From the NCBI GenBank assembly GCA_965223545.1, contig OZ245006.1, positions 1,440,001-1,504,000 of the forward strand: 64,000 nt of DNA, written 5' to 3'. The notes beneath the pieces are model-generated. The model made no database searches. It had not been told where the DNA came from and saw only the letters and a list, made by a program, of their open reading frames with translations. Within the stretch, counting starts at the first letter, position 1. Each line of letters starts with the position of its first letter. The position numbers and the translations under genes were made by a program. Shown piece by piece: positions 29,513-37,906 of the stretch. This stretch comes from Planctomycetota bacterium (GTDB taxonomy: Bacteria; Planctomycetota; UBA1135; UBA2386).

Positions 29513-29721
29513 GGGAACCGACTCCAGGAAGAAGGCTTTGGGGTGCCGAGGATCAACGGCGAGGAGGCCCCCCCGCCGACAAAGGGGGAAGACTTATACC
29601 CAGACGCCCGCCGAAAAACCTCCCCCGATCGGCGGAGATTCGCGACCGACGTGGGCCTCGCATCGGCGCCGATCAGGCCGTAAGCACGCGACATCCCTGG
29701 CCTTCCCACCGCGAGCTGCTC

Positions 29722-32700
29722 ATGTTCCTCCCCGCGTCTCTCGCCGCCCACGTCCTGCCGGGCCTCGTCGTCTTGGCGTCGGCGGTGGCCCAGCAGCCCG
29801 CCCGGCTGCTGCGCTTCCCCCACATGCAGGGCGACAAGATCGTCTTCGTCTACGCCGGCGACCTGTGGACCGCCTCCGCTGCCGGCGGCACGGCCCGGCG
29901 CCTCACCAGCTACGACGAGGGGCTCGAGCTGTCGCCGCGCATCTCACCCGACGGGCGTTGGGTCGCCTTCTCGGGTGAATACGCCGGCAGCCGCCAGATC
30001 TACGTCGTGCCGTACGAGGGCGGAACCCCGCGGCAGCTGACCTTCTATCCGGACGTCGGACCGCTGCCCCCGCGCGGCGGCTACGACCACTGGGTCGTCG
30101 ACTGGACCCCCGACGGCAGCAAGATCCTGATCCGCGCCAACCGCACCCCGTACGGCGAGCGCATCGGCCGCTACTTCACGGTCGATCCGGAGCGCGGCGG
30201 CATCCCCGAGCCGCTGGAGATTCCCGAGGGCGGCCCGGCGAGCTTCTCTCCGGACGGCAAGAAGCTCGCCTACAACATCATCAGCCGCGAGTGGCGCACC
30301 TGGAAGCGCTACCGCGCGGGGCGCGCCCAGGACGTGTGGATCTACGACCTCGAGGGGCGCTCGGTACGTCAAGTGACCGACTTCGAGGGCACCGACAACT
30401 TCCCGATGTGGCTGGGGGACACGATCTACTACACCTCGGACCGCGGCGGCACCCTCAACCTGCACGCCTACGATCTGGCGACCGGCGCGCACCGACAGGT
30501 CACGCACGAGACCGAGTGGGACGTGCTGTTTCCCGCGCGCGGCGACACCGGGGTCATCTACGAGTGCGGCGGTGCCCTCCACGTGATGCGCGCCGAGGAC
30601 GAGTCGGTCCGCAAGCTGGAGATCCGCATCGCCGACGACGGTCCCTGGCTGCGACCCCAGTGGAAGTCGGGGACGGTCGCCGACTGGAGTCCAGCGCCGT
30701 CGGCCAAGCGCATCGCGGTCGAGTACCGCGGCGAGCTGTTCTCGGTGCCAGCGGAGCACGGCGAGACCCGGCCGCTGACGCGCACCCCCGACCGGCGCGA
30801 ACGCCAGCCGCGCTGGTCGCCGGACGGCAAGACGCTGGCCTACCTCGCCGAAGTCGGTGACCACTACGAGCTGTGCGTGCGCGATCTCGGCACCGGCGAC
30901 GAACGCGTGCTGACGCGCGGCAGCGACGCCTGGATCCTCGGCCTGACCTGGTCGCCCGACAGCCGCACCCTCGCCTTCACCGACAAGCGCAACCGCTTGC
31001 TCTGCATCGACGCCGCCGGCGGTGACGCGCAGCTGATCGATCGCGGCACGCGGGCCCCGCTGCGCGACGTCGAGTGGTCGCCGGACAGCCGCTGGCTGTG
31101 CTACACCAAGGACGCCGACAACACCTACGACGCGGTGTGGCTCGCCGCCGCCGACGGCGGCACTCCGCCGCGGCGGGTCACCGATCCGTGGCACGACTCG
31201 AGCAGCCCCACGTTCGATCCGGACGGCCGCTATCTCTACTTCGTCTCGGCGCGCGACTTCGCGTTCGACGGTTTCGACGCGGAGCAGAGGCTGTACGCGC
31301 TGCTCTTGCAGGCCGACGCGCCGCATCCCCTGGCGCCGCGCAGCGACGAGGAGCCGGCGCTGGCCAGCGACGACGCCGACGACGACGCCTCGCAGGACGA
31401 GAGTGACGACGAAGCGGCCACCAACAACGAAGCCACCTCCACCGCCGCACCCCTGGCGATCGACTTCGACGGCATCGAGCAGCGCCTCGTGGTGCTGCCC
31501 GGTTCGCCCGGCCGCTACCGCGGCACCGCCGGCGTCGACGGCGGTGTGCTGTTCGTCCACGACGGTGCCCTGCGGCGCTACGACTTGGACAAACGGAAGA
31601 GCGAGGTCGTCCTCGACGCGGCGGTCGGCTTTGCGCTGACCGCCGACCGCAAGACGCTGGTCTATCGCCACGGTGCGGCGCTGTGCGTCGCCCCCGCGAA
31701 GCCCAAGCAGAAGCTGGGCGAGAACGCCGCGCCGCTCGACGGCGTCACCGTCCGGGTCGTGCCGCGGCGCGAGTGGCGGCAGATGTTCCACGACGCGTGG
31801 CGGCTGATGCGCGACTGGTTCTACGACCCCGACATGCACGGCGTCGACTGGCTCGCCATGCGGGCCAAGTACGAGCCGTTGCTGGAGCACGTCGCGCACC
31901 GGGCCGATCTCGACTTCGTCTTGGGCGAGCTGATCGGCGAGCTCAACTGCGGGCACACCTACGTGCAGAGCGGCGAGACGCCGCGGGTCGAGCGGGTGCG
32001 CACCGGCCTGCTGGGCTGTGAGTTCGAGCGGCGCGGCGAGCACTACGTCATCGCTTCGATCTACGCCGGCGAGAACTGGCACGAGCGCACGCGCAGCCCG
32101 TTGACCGAGCCCGGCGTCGACGCCCGGGTCGGCGACTTCGTGCTCGCGATCGACGGCGTGCCGCTGCACGGCGACGACTCGCCCTACCGCCTGCTCGAGA
32201 ACACCGTCGGCAAGACGGTGACGTTGACGCTCAACGACACGCCCACCGAGACCGGTGCCCGCCGCGTCAAGGTGCGCCCGATCGCTTCCGAACAAGGCCT
32301 GCGCTATCTCGCCTGGGTGCGGCACAACCGCGCGCTGGTGCACGAGCTGTCGGACGGCCGCATCGGCTACGTGCACGTGCCCAACACCGCGGTCGAGGGG
32401 CACCGCGAGCTGTTCACCGGCTTCCGCGCCCAGGCGCGCACCGCCGCGGCGATGATCATCGACGACCGCTACAACGGCGGCGGCTGGATCCCCGACCGCA
32501 TGGCGTTCGCCCTGGGACAGCCGGTGCTCAACTACTGGGCGCGCCGGCATCAGGGACTGGCGCCGACGCCGCAGTTCGCGTTCGAGGGGCCGATGGCGAT
32601 GCTGATCAACGGCTACTCGTCGTCGGGCGGCGACGCGTTTCCGTTCTACTTCCGCGCCACCGGCCGCGGGCCGCTGATCGGCAAGCGAACCTGGGGCGGC

Positions 32701-34368
32701 CTGGTCGGCTACTCCGGCACGCCACCGCTGGTCGACGGCGGCGGCTTGGCAGTGCCGTCGTTCGCCTTCGTCAACCGGCAAGGCGAGTGGGACGTCGAGG
32801 CGGTCGGCGTCGCGCCCGACATCGAGGTTTTCGACGACCCCGCGCTGATCGCCGCCGGCCGCGAGCCGGTGCTCGAGGCCGCCGTCCGGCACCTGCTCGA
32901 GCAGCTCGAAGAAGAGCCACCACCCCCACAGCCTCCCGCGCCGCGCGGGCCACGCCGCGACAAGGCCGCCGCCGCCGCCGCCGACCGCACCGCGGCCGTG
33001 TCACCCGAGCTGCCGTGGCCGCGCTTTCGCGGCCCCAACGGCACCGGCATCGCCCACCCCGGGACGTTGCCGGCGGCGTTGGACGCCAGCACGCGCCGCT
33101 TTCGCACCGCGCTGCCGAGCGGCCACTCGTCGCCGGTCGTCGGCGGCGGAGCGGTGTTCTTGACCGCCGAAGACGACGACGCGCTGTGTACGTACGCGCT
33201 CGATGCCGACGACGGCACCGTGCGCTGGCGGGCGGTGGCGCCGCGGCCGCGGCGATCCAAGCTCGACCAACGCAACCATTCGGCGTCGCCCAGCCCGGCC
33301 ATCGACGCCGACACCGTCGCCGTGTTCTTTCAGGACTTCGGCCTCCTGGCCTACGACCACGCCGGCACCGAGCGCTGGCGGATGCCGTTGGGGCCGTTCG
33401 AGAACATCTACGGCATGGGCGCCTCGCCGATCCTGGAGGACGGCGTCGTCTACCTGGCCTGCGACCAAAACCGCGGTTCCTACCTGTTGGCGGTGGACGC
33501 GCAGTCAGGGGAGGTCGTGTTCAAGACCGAGCGTCCGATGGCGCGCAGCGGGCACTGCACTCCGGTGCTCTGGAATACCGGCGGCGCGGACGAGGTGGTC
33601 GTGCCGGGCTCGTTCTTGCTCGACGCGTACGACGCCCGCTCCGGCGAGCGCACATGGTGGGTCGAAGGTCTGGCGGCGGAGATGAAATCGGTGCCGGCGC
33701 TGCACGACGGCGTGCTCTACATCAACGGCTACACCTCGCCCCTCAACCAGCCAGGCAACCAGATCGAGATCCCCGACTTCGAGCCGGTGCTCGCCGAGCA
33801 CGACGGGGATGGCGACGGCAACATCAGCAAGACCGAGATGCCGCGCTCCCGCGCGTCGGGCTACTACGAGTTCTTCGACCTCGACGGGGACGGCCTGCTC
33901 GACGGCACGGACTGGGAGTATCTGCAGAAGTCGATGGCGTCGCTCAACGGACTGCTGGCGATCCGCGCCGGAGGCGCGGGCGACGTCACCGCCGACAACG
34001 TGATCTGGACCAGCCGGCGCGCGGTGCCGCAGCTGCCGTCTCCACTGGTGTACGACGGCGTCCTCTACGTGCTGCAGGACCAGGGCGGCCTACTGCGCAC
34101 CATGCGCCCGGACTCGGGCGAGCTGCTCGCCCGCGGCCGCCTGGAGCACGGCATCGACAACTACTACGCCGCGCCGGTGGCCGGCGACGGCAAGGTCTAC
34201 TTCGTCGGCGAGAGCGGCCTGACCAACATTCTGCCCGCCGGCGGCGGTCTGGAGCCGCTGTGGAGCGGCGACCTCGACGAGCGCTGCTACGCCACGCCAG
34301 CGCTGGCGGCAGGTCGCGTCTACGTGCGCACCGAGCAGGCGCTGCACTGCTTCGGCACGGGTGAGTGA
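29722..34368 (+). CDS. Tricorn-like S41 protease fused to a PQQ/BamB-like beta-propeller with EF-hands
   Basis: Signal peptide; PD40 repeats (WSPDG), PDZ, LNCGH, GYVHVPN, DDRYNGGG, SSSGGD, GKRTWGG; then WPRFRGPNGTG, SSP and DxDGDG motifs. Confidence 0.9.
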   Translation: MFLPASLAAHVLPGLVVLASAVAQQPARLLRFPHMQGDKIVFVYAGDLWTASAAGGTARRLTSYDEGLELSPRISPDGRWVAFSGEYAGSRQIYVVPYEGGTPRQLTFYPDVGPLPPRGGYDHWVVDWTPDGSKILIRANRTPYGERIGRYFTVDPERGGIPEPLEIPEGGPASFSPDGKKLAYNIISREWRTWKRYRAGRAQDVWIYDLEGRSVRQVTDFEGTDNFPMWLGDTIYYTSDRGGTLNLHAYDLATGAHRQVTHETEWDVLFPARGDTGVIYECGGALHVMRAEDESVRKLEIRIADDGPWLRPQWKSGTVADWSPAPSAKRIAVEYRGELFSVPAEHGETRPLTRTPDRRERQPRWSPDGKTLAYLAEVGDHYELCVRDLGTGDERVLTRGSDAWILGLTWSPDSRTLAFTDKRNRLLCIDAAGGDAQLIDRGTRAPLRDVEWSPDSRWLCYTKDADNTYDAVWLAAADGGTPPRRVTDPWHDSSSPTFDPDGRYLYFVSARDFAFDGFDAEQRLYALLLQADAPHPLAPRSDEEPALASDDADDDASQDESDDEAATNNEATSTAAPLAIDFDGIEQRLVVLPGSPGRYRGTAGVDGGVLFVHDGALRRYDLDKRKSEVVLDAAVGFALTADRKTLVYRHGAALCVAPAKPKQKLGENAAPLDGVTVRVVPRREWRQMFHDAWRLMRDWFYDPDMHGVDWLAMRAKYEPLLEHVAHRADLDFVLGELIGELNCGHTYVQSGETPRVERVRTGLLGCEFERRGEHYVIASIYAGENWHERTRSPLTEPGVDARVGDFVLAIDGVPLHGDDSPYRLLENTVGKTVTLTLNDTPTETGARRVKVRPIASEQGLRYLAWVRHNRALVHELSDGRIGYVHVPNTAVEGHRELFTGFRAQARTAAAMIIDDRYNGGGWIPDRMAFALGQPVLNYWARRHQGLAPTPQFAFEGPMAMLINGYSSSGGDAFPFYFRATGRGPLIGKRTWGGLVGYSGTPPLVDGGGLAVPSFAFVNRQGEWDVEAVGVAPDIEVFDDPALIAAGREPVLEAAVRHLLEQLEEEPPPPQPPAPRGPRRDKAAAAAADRTAAVSPELPWPRFRGPNGTGIAHPGTLPAALDASTRRFRTALPSGHSSPVVGGGAVFLTAEDDDALCTYALDADDGTVRWRAVAPRPRRSKLDQRNHSASPSPAIDADTVAVFFQDFGLLAYDHAGTERWRMPLGPFENIYGMGASPILEDGVVYLACDQNRGSYLLAVDAQSGEVVFKTERPMARSGHCTPVLWNTGGADEVVVPGSFLLDAYDARSGERTWWVEGLAAEMKSVPALHDGVLYINGYTSPLNQPGNQIEIPDFEPVLAEHDGDGDGNISKTEMPRSRASGYYEFFDLDGDGLLDGTDWEYLQKSMASLNGLLAIRAGGAGDVTADNVIWTSRRAVPQLPSPLVYDGVLYVLQDQGGLLRTMRPDSGELLARGRLEHGIDNYYAAPVAGDGKVYFVGESGLTNILPAGGGLEPLWSGDLDERCYATPALAAGRVYVRTEQALHCFGTGE

Positions 34369-34380
34369 GAGCGCGCGGAT

Positions 34381-34690
34381 TCAGAACGTGTGCGCCAACA
34401 CGTTGCCGCTCCGGCAGCCGCCCAGGTCGACGGCCTGCAGCAACACCGAGACGCCGGCGAGCGCCGCTGGCACCGGATGGCGCTGGACCAAGCCACCGCC
34501 CTCGTCGGCGAAGCCAAACCCGAGCACGACCGGCGCGGCGATGCCGAGGGTCTGCCCCGGGCACGGTAGGGCGAGGTTGCCGCGCTGCACGCCGACCGCG
34601 ACCGCGGTCAGGGCGCCGGCCTGCAGACCCCGATGCGCGAACACGTTCGAGGTCCCCTGCTGCTCCGGGCTGGGGAAGCCACGACAAGAA
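34381..34690 (-). pseudogene. 3' remnant of a secreted-protein gene (C-terminal domain only)
   Basis: Encodes ...PVPAALAGVSVLLQAVDLGGCRSGNVLAHTF; no signal peptide or credible start. Confidence 0.5.
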
Positions 34691-35711
34691 AATGTTGTCG
34701 CAGCTCGACGATTTGAGGCGCCGGACGCTCCTTGCGCGCGCGCGGCACACTCGACGATGGCCGCGACTACTTGATCATGGACTGCGTCGACGGCGCGCGC
34801 CTCGACCGCCACTGCGCCACCCTCGCCCGCACCCTGGACGCGCGCCTGCGCCTACTGATCGCGCTGTGCGCCGCGGTCCACCACGCCCACACCCACGCCC
34901 TGGTGCACGGCGACCTCAAGCCGGCAAACATCACGGTCACTGGCGCCGGCCAACCGGTCGTGCTCGACTTCGGCAACGCGGATCATGCGGCATCGGCGAC
35001 CAGGGGACCCCGCGCGTTGACGCCGCGCTACGCGAGCCCCGAACAGCTGGCCGGTGGCGCCCTCACCACCGCCAGCGACATCTATTCTCTCGGCGTGAAC
35101 ACCGGCGAGCTCGGTGACACAGCCCACCCACGCCCGGCCGCGCGCCTGCGCCGGCAGCTCGCAACGGTTCTCGCGCGGGCCACCGCGGAGGCGCCGGCCG
35201 ATCGCTACGCCTCGGCAGCGCAGTTGGCGATCGATCTGGCGCGCGTGCGCGACGGCGAACGCGTGCGGCCTCCGGCGCCCGCGGTGCCGTCGCGCGCCGG
35301 TGGCACCGGCTGGGCGCCGCCGCGTTGGTGAGCGCGACCGTCGGCCTGGCAATCGCGTCCGGCACACACCGCGCGCAGCGCGCCGAGCGCGACGGGCTGG
35401 CCGTATCCGAGTTCTTGGTGCGCCTGCTCGACCGGGCGCAACCAGACGCTCTGGGCACCGACGCCACGTTGGTCGCCGCCCTCGACGCCGCCGAGCAGGA
35501 CTTCGAGCGGACGTTTGCCGGCCACGCCAACGCCGAGGCGCGGGTGCGCATGGCGTATGCGCGCGCCAACGCTCAGCTGGGGCGCTGGTCCGACGTCGAG
35601 CGTCACGCGGAACGCGCGCTGCGGCTCATCGCCGCGCTGCCGGAGTTCCACCCCGGCAGTGCAGAGTACTGCCGGGAGCTGCTGGCGCGCGCTCGCGGCC
35701 GATCGCCGTAA
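34680..35711 (+). pseudogene. Decayed Ser/Thr kinase gene
   Basis: HGDLKPAN, DFG, TPRYASPEQ, SDIYSLG present; Gly loop and VAIK absent; kinase and TM/TPR parts lie in different frames. Confidence 0.8.
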
Positions 35712-35723
35712 CCGAAGGGGCAA

Positions 35724-36839
35724 TCAGCGAAAGACACCGTCGAAACGCACGATCGCTGGCGGGACCTCGTAGGTCGTACTGCCGAACGCCCTCAGCGCGT
35801 GCACGTGGTAGCGCGGGGCACGCCCGATCTGCACGTCGATGCCGTTGGTCGAGGTCACGCCGAGCGGGTTGCTGCCGTCGAGCATCATGCCCTGCGCAAA
35901 GACCGGGCTTCCCAGCAGGCCGGGGTTGTTCGGAATCGGCAGACTCACCAGCGCGAAGCGGCGGCAGATCGCCTGCACCCCGACCGGACCGCTGACGTAG
36001 ACCCGAACGGAGGAGGCCAGCTCGGCGAAATCGGGTGAGACCAACAGACTCTCTCCGGGTGCACCGAACGGCGTCAGGTCGAGCGGTAGGGCGACGCCGG
36101 TCGGCAGCAGTCGGCTGGCGGAAGCCCCGAGCAGGAGGACCATTGGCCCGGTCGCATGGCAGGCCACGAAGTCCAGCCGGCCACCGAGGACAGGGTCCCC
36201 TCCCAGGGTGGGGAAGGCCCCCTGCTCGAGCAGGTTCGCGCGCCGCGGCCCGAACGGCCGCGCGGCGGCCGGCACCGGTTCGGCGTCGAGCGGGTAACCA
36301 TCGATCGTCTGCGTCCCCGATGCGGTGATCTCGATCACGAGCGTCGCATGCTGGCGAGGATCGACCAGCACCGGCTGGGGGAACGGCAGGTGCACGCTCC
36401 ACGCCGCCGGGCTGCCGTCGCGCGGCCCGGCCGGCAAGGGCGGCAGGCTGGCCCACCCGCGGTGCACGGCGACGGTGGCGCCGCGATTCGCACTCATCGA
36501 CGGGTTCAGCGGCAAGGAGGCGCTCAGCAAGTGCACGTCGACGTCCAGCGCAGTGAAGCTCTTCTGCGGGAACGACTGCAGGACCGCCGCCGGATGCCGG
36601 CTGCCGCGCAGCCAGATCCCCGTGATCGTCGCCCCGCGCGGCGCCAGCTGCGCCGTGTCGAAGCCCAGCTGGACCTGACCGTCGATCGAGAGCGCGTCGC
36701 TGATCGAGTGGCCGGCGCGCGGACCGGCGCCAGGCGGCATCACCACCTGGGCGGTGGCGGCGGACACCGCGAGAACGCCGGCGAGCCAGCCGAGACCGAG
36801 ACCTGGGGAACAACGGAGGCGGCTGGAGGTCGGGAACAT
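35724..36839 (-). CDS. Secreted hypothetical protein with the shared C-terminal beta domain
   Basis: Signal peptide ending ATAQ; IPNNPGLLG...AQG...TSTNG. Confidence 0.75.
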   Translation of the reverse strand: MFPTSSRLRCSPGLGLGWLAGVLAVSAATAQVVMPPGAGPRAGHSISDALSIDGQVQLGFDTAQLAPRGATITGIWLRGSRHPAAVLQSFPQKSFTALDVDVHLLSASLPLNPSMSANRGATVAVHRGWASLPPLPAGPRDGSPAAWSVHLPFPQPVLVDPRQHATLVIEITASGTQTIDGYPLDAEPVPAAARPFGPRRANLLEQGAFPTLGGDPVLGGRLDFVACHATGPMVLLLGASASRLLPTGVALPLDLTPFGAPGESLLVSPDFAELASSVRVYVSGPVGVQAICRRFALVSLPIPNNPGLLGSPVFAQGMMLDGSNPLGVTSTNGIDVQIGRAPRYHVHALRAFGSTTYEVPPAIVRFDGVFR

Positions 36840-37083
36840 GCGCAGCTCGGGAGCAAGCGCCGTTCCAGGCGGCCACGGCCTCTCCGCGCGCGCAACGACC
36901 AGGGATCGTTACGCCAGGGCCCCCACAAGCCCAAGACCGGCCCTCGATCGGCTTTCCGGAAACGAGACAGCGCCGACTCCTCCGCCGCACCGGCACTGCC
37001 GACGGGGCACTCTTCTGCACCGGCCAGCCCGCGCGGACAAATCACGAAAGACCACTTGAGCTGCCGGCGTTGGTACCCGACAC

Positions 37084-37098
37084 TGAGACTCAGTCGCA
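37084..37098 (+). promoter_or_regulatory. Putative Fur-type 7-1-7 operator upstream of bfd
   Basis: TGAGACT-C-AGTCGCA (6/7 inverted); overlaps a TTGAGC-17 nt-GACACT promoter-like pair. Confidence 0.55.
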
Positions 37099-37105
37099 AC
37101 AACTC

Positions 37106-37306
37106 ATGATCGTCTGCTCCTGCTTCGGAACCACTGACCGCGAGATCCGCGCCGCTTTCGGCCCCGGTGGCGACCGCCGCTGTCCGGCCGGTCGCGGCTG
37201 CGGCGGCTGCCGGAGGTTGGTCCAGTCCATCGCCAACCAGGCCGCCGACCCCGCCCGCACCGACGGTGCGGAGCGCCGCTCCGCCCCGCGCCGCGACTCC
37301 ATCTGA
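37106..37306 (+). CDS. bfd: Bacterioferritin-associated [2Fe-2S] ferredoxin
   Basis: MIVCSCFGTTDREIR...CGGC; directly upstream of bfr. Confidence 0.85.
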   Translation: MIVCSCFGTTDREIRAAFGPGGDRRCPAGRGCGGCRRLVQSIANQAADPARTDGAERRSAPRRDSI

Positions 37307-37394
37307 GGCTGCCGCGCGGGTCGACTCTCGGATCGGCTCGGGTCGGCTTGTTCTCCGCTTGCAGCGGGTTGGCCGCCGCCCTAAGCCTTTGGCC

Positions 37395-37865
37395 ATGCGC
37401 GGCGATCCGGCCATCATCGAGGTTCTCAACGAGATCCTCACGTCCGAGCTCACGGCGATCAACCAGTACTACGTGCACTACAAGATGTGCGAGAACTGGG
37501 GCTACCCGCGGATCGCGGCCAAGAAGCGGGAAGAGTCGATCGAGGAGATGCGCCACGCCGACCGGGTGATCGGCCGCATCCTCTATCTCGACGGTGTGCC
37601 GAACATGCAGCGGCTCGATCCGGTGCGCGTCGGCGAGAGCGTCCCGGAGCAGCACCGGGTCGACCTCGAGCTCGAGGTCGATGCGGTGCAGCGCCTCAAC
37701 CGCGCCATCGGCCTCTGCCGTGACAAGGGCGACAACGGCACGCGGGAGATGCTCGAGGAGATGCTGCGCGAGGAGGAGGAGTCGGTCGACTGGCTCGAGG
37801 CGCAGCTGACGATCCTCGCCGACATCGGCACCGAACGCTATCTCGCCGAGCAGCTGCGCGACTGA
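37395..37865 (+). CDS. bfr: Bacterioferritin
   Basis: ELTAINQY, ESIEEMRHAD (heme Met), RILYLDGVPN. Confidence 0.96.
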   Translation: MRGDPAIIEVLNEILTSELTAINQYYVHYKMCENWGYPRIAAKKREESIEEMRHADRVIGRILYLDGVPNMQRLDPVRVGESVPEQHRVDLELEVDAVQRLNRAIGLCRDKGDNGTREMLEEMLREEEESVDWLEAQLTILADIGTERYLAEQLRD

Positions 37866-37890
37866 GCCCGCGATCGCGGCCCCCGGAGCG

Positions 37891-37899
37891 TGCTACCAT
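37891..37899 (+). promoter_or_regulatory. Extended -10 element, likely leaderless transcript
   Basis: TGCTACCAT 7 nt before ATG 37907; no SD. Confidence 0.55.
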
Positions 37900-37906
37900 C
37901 CCGGGC

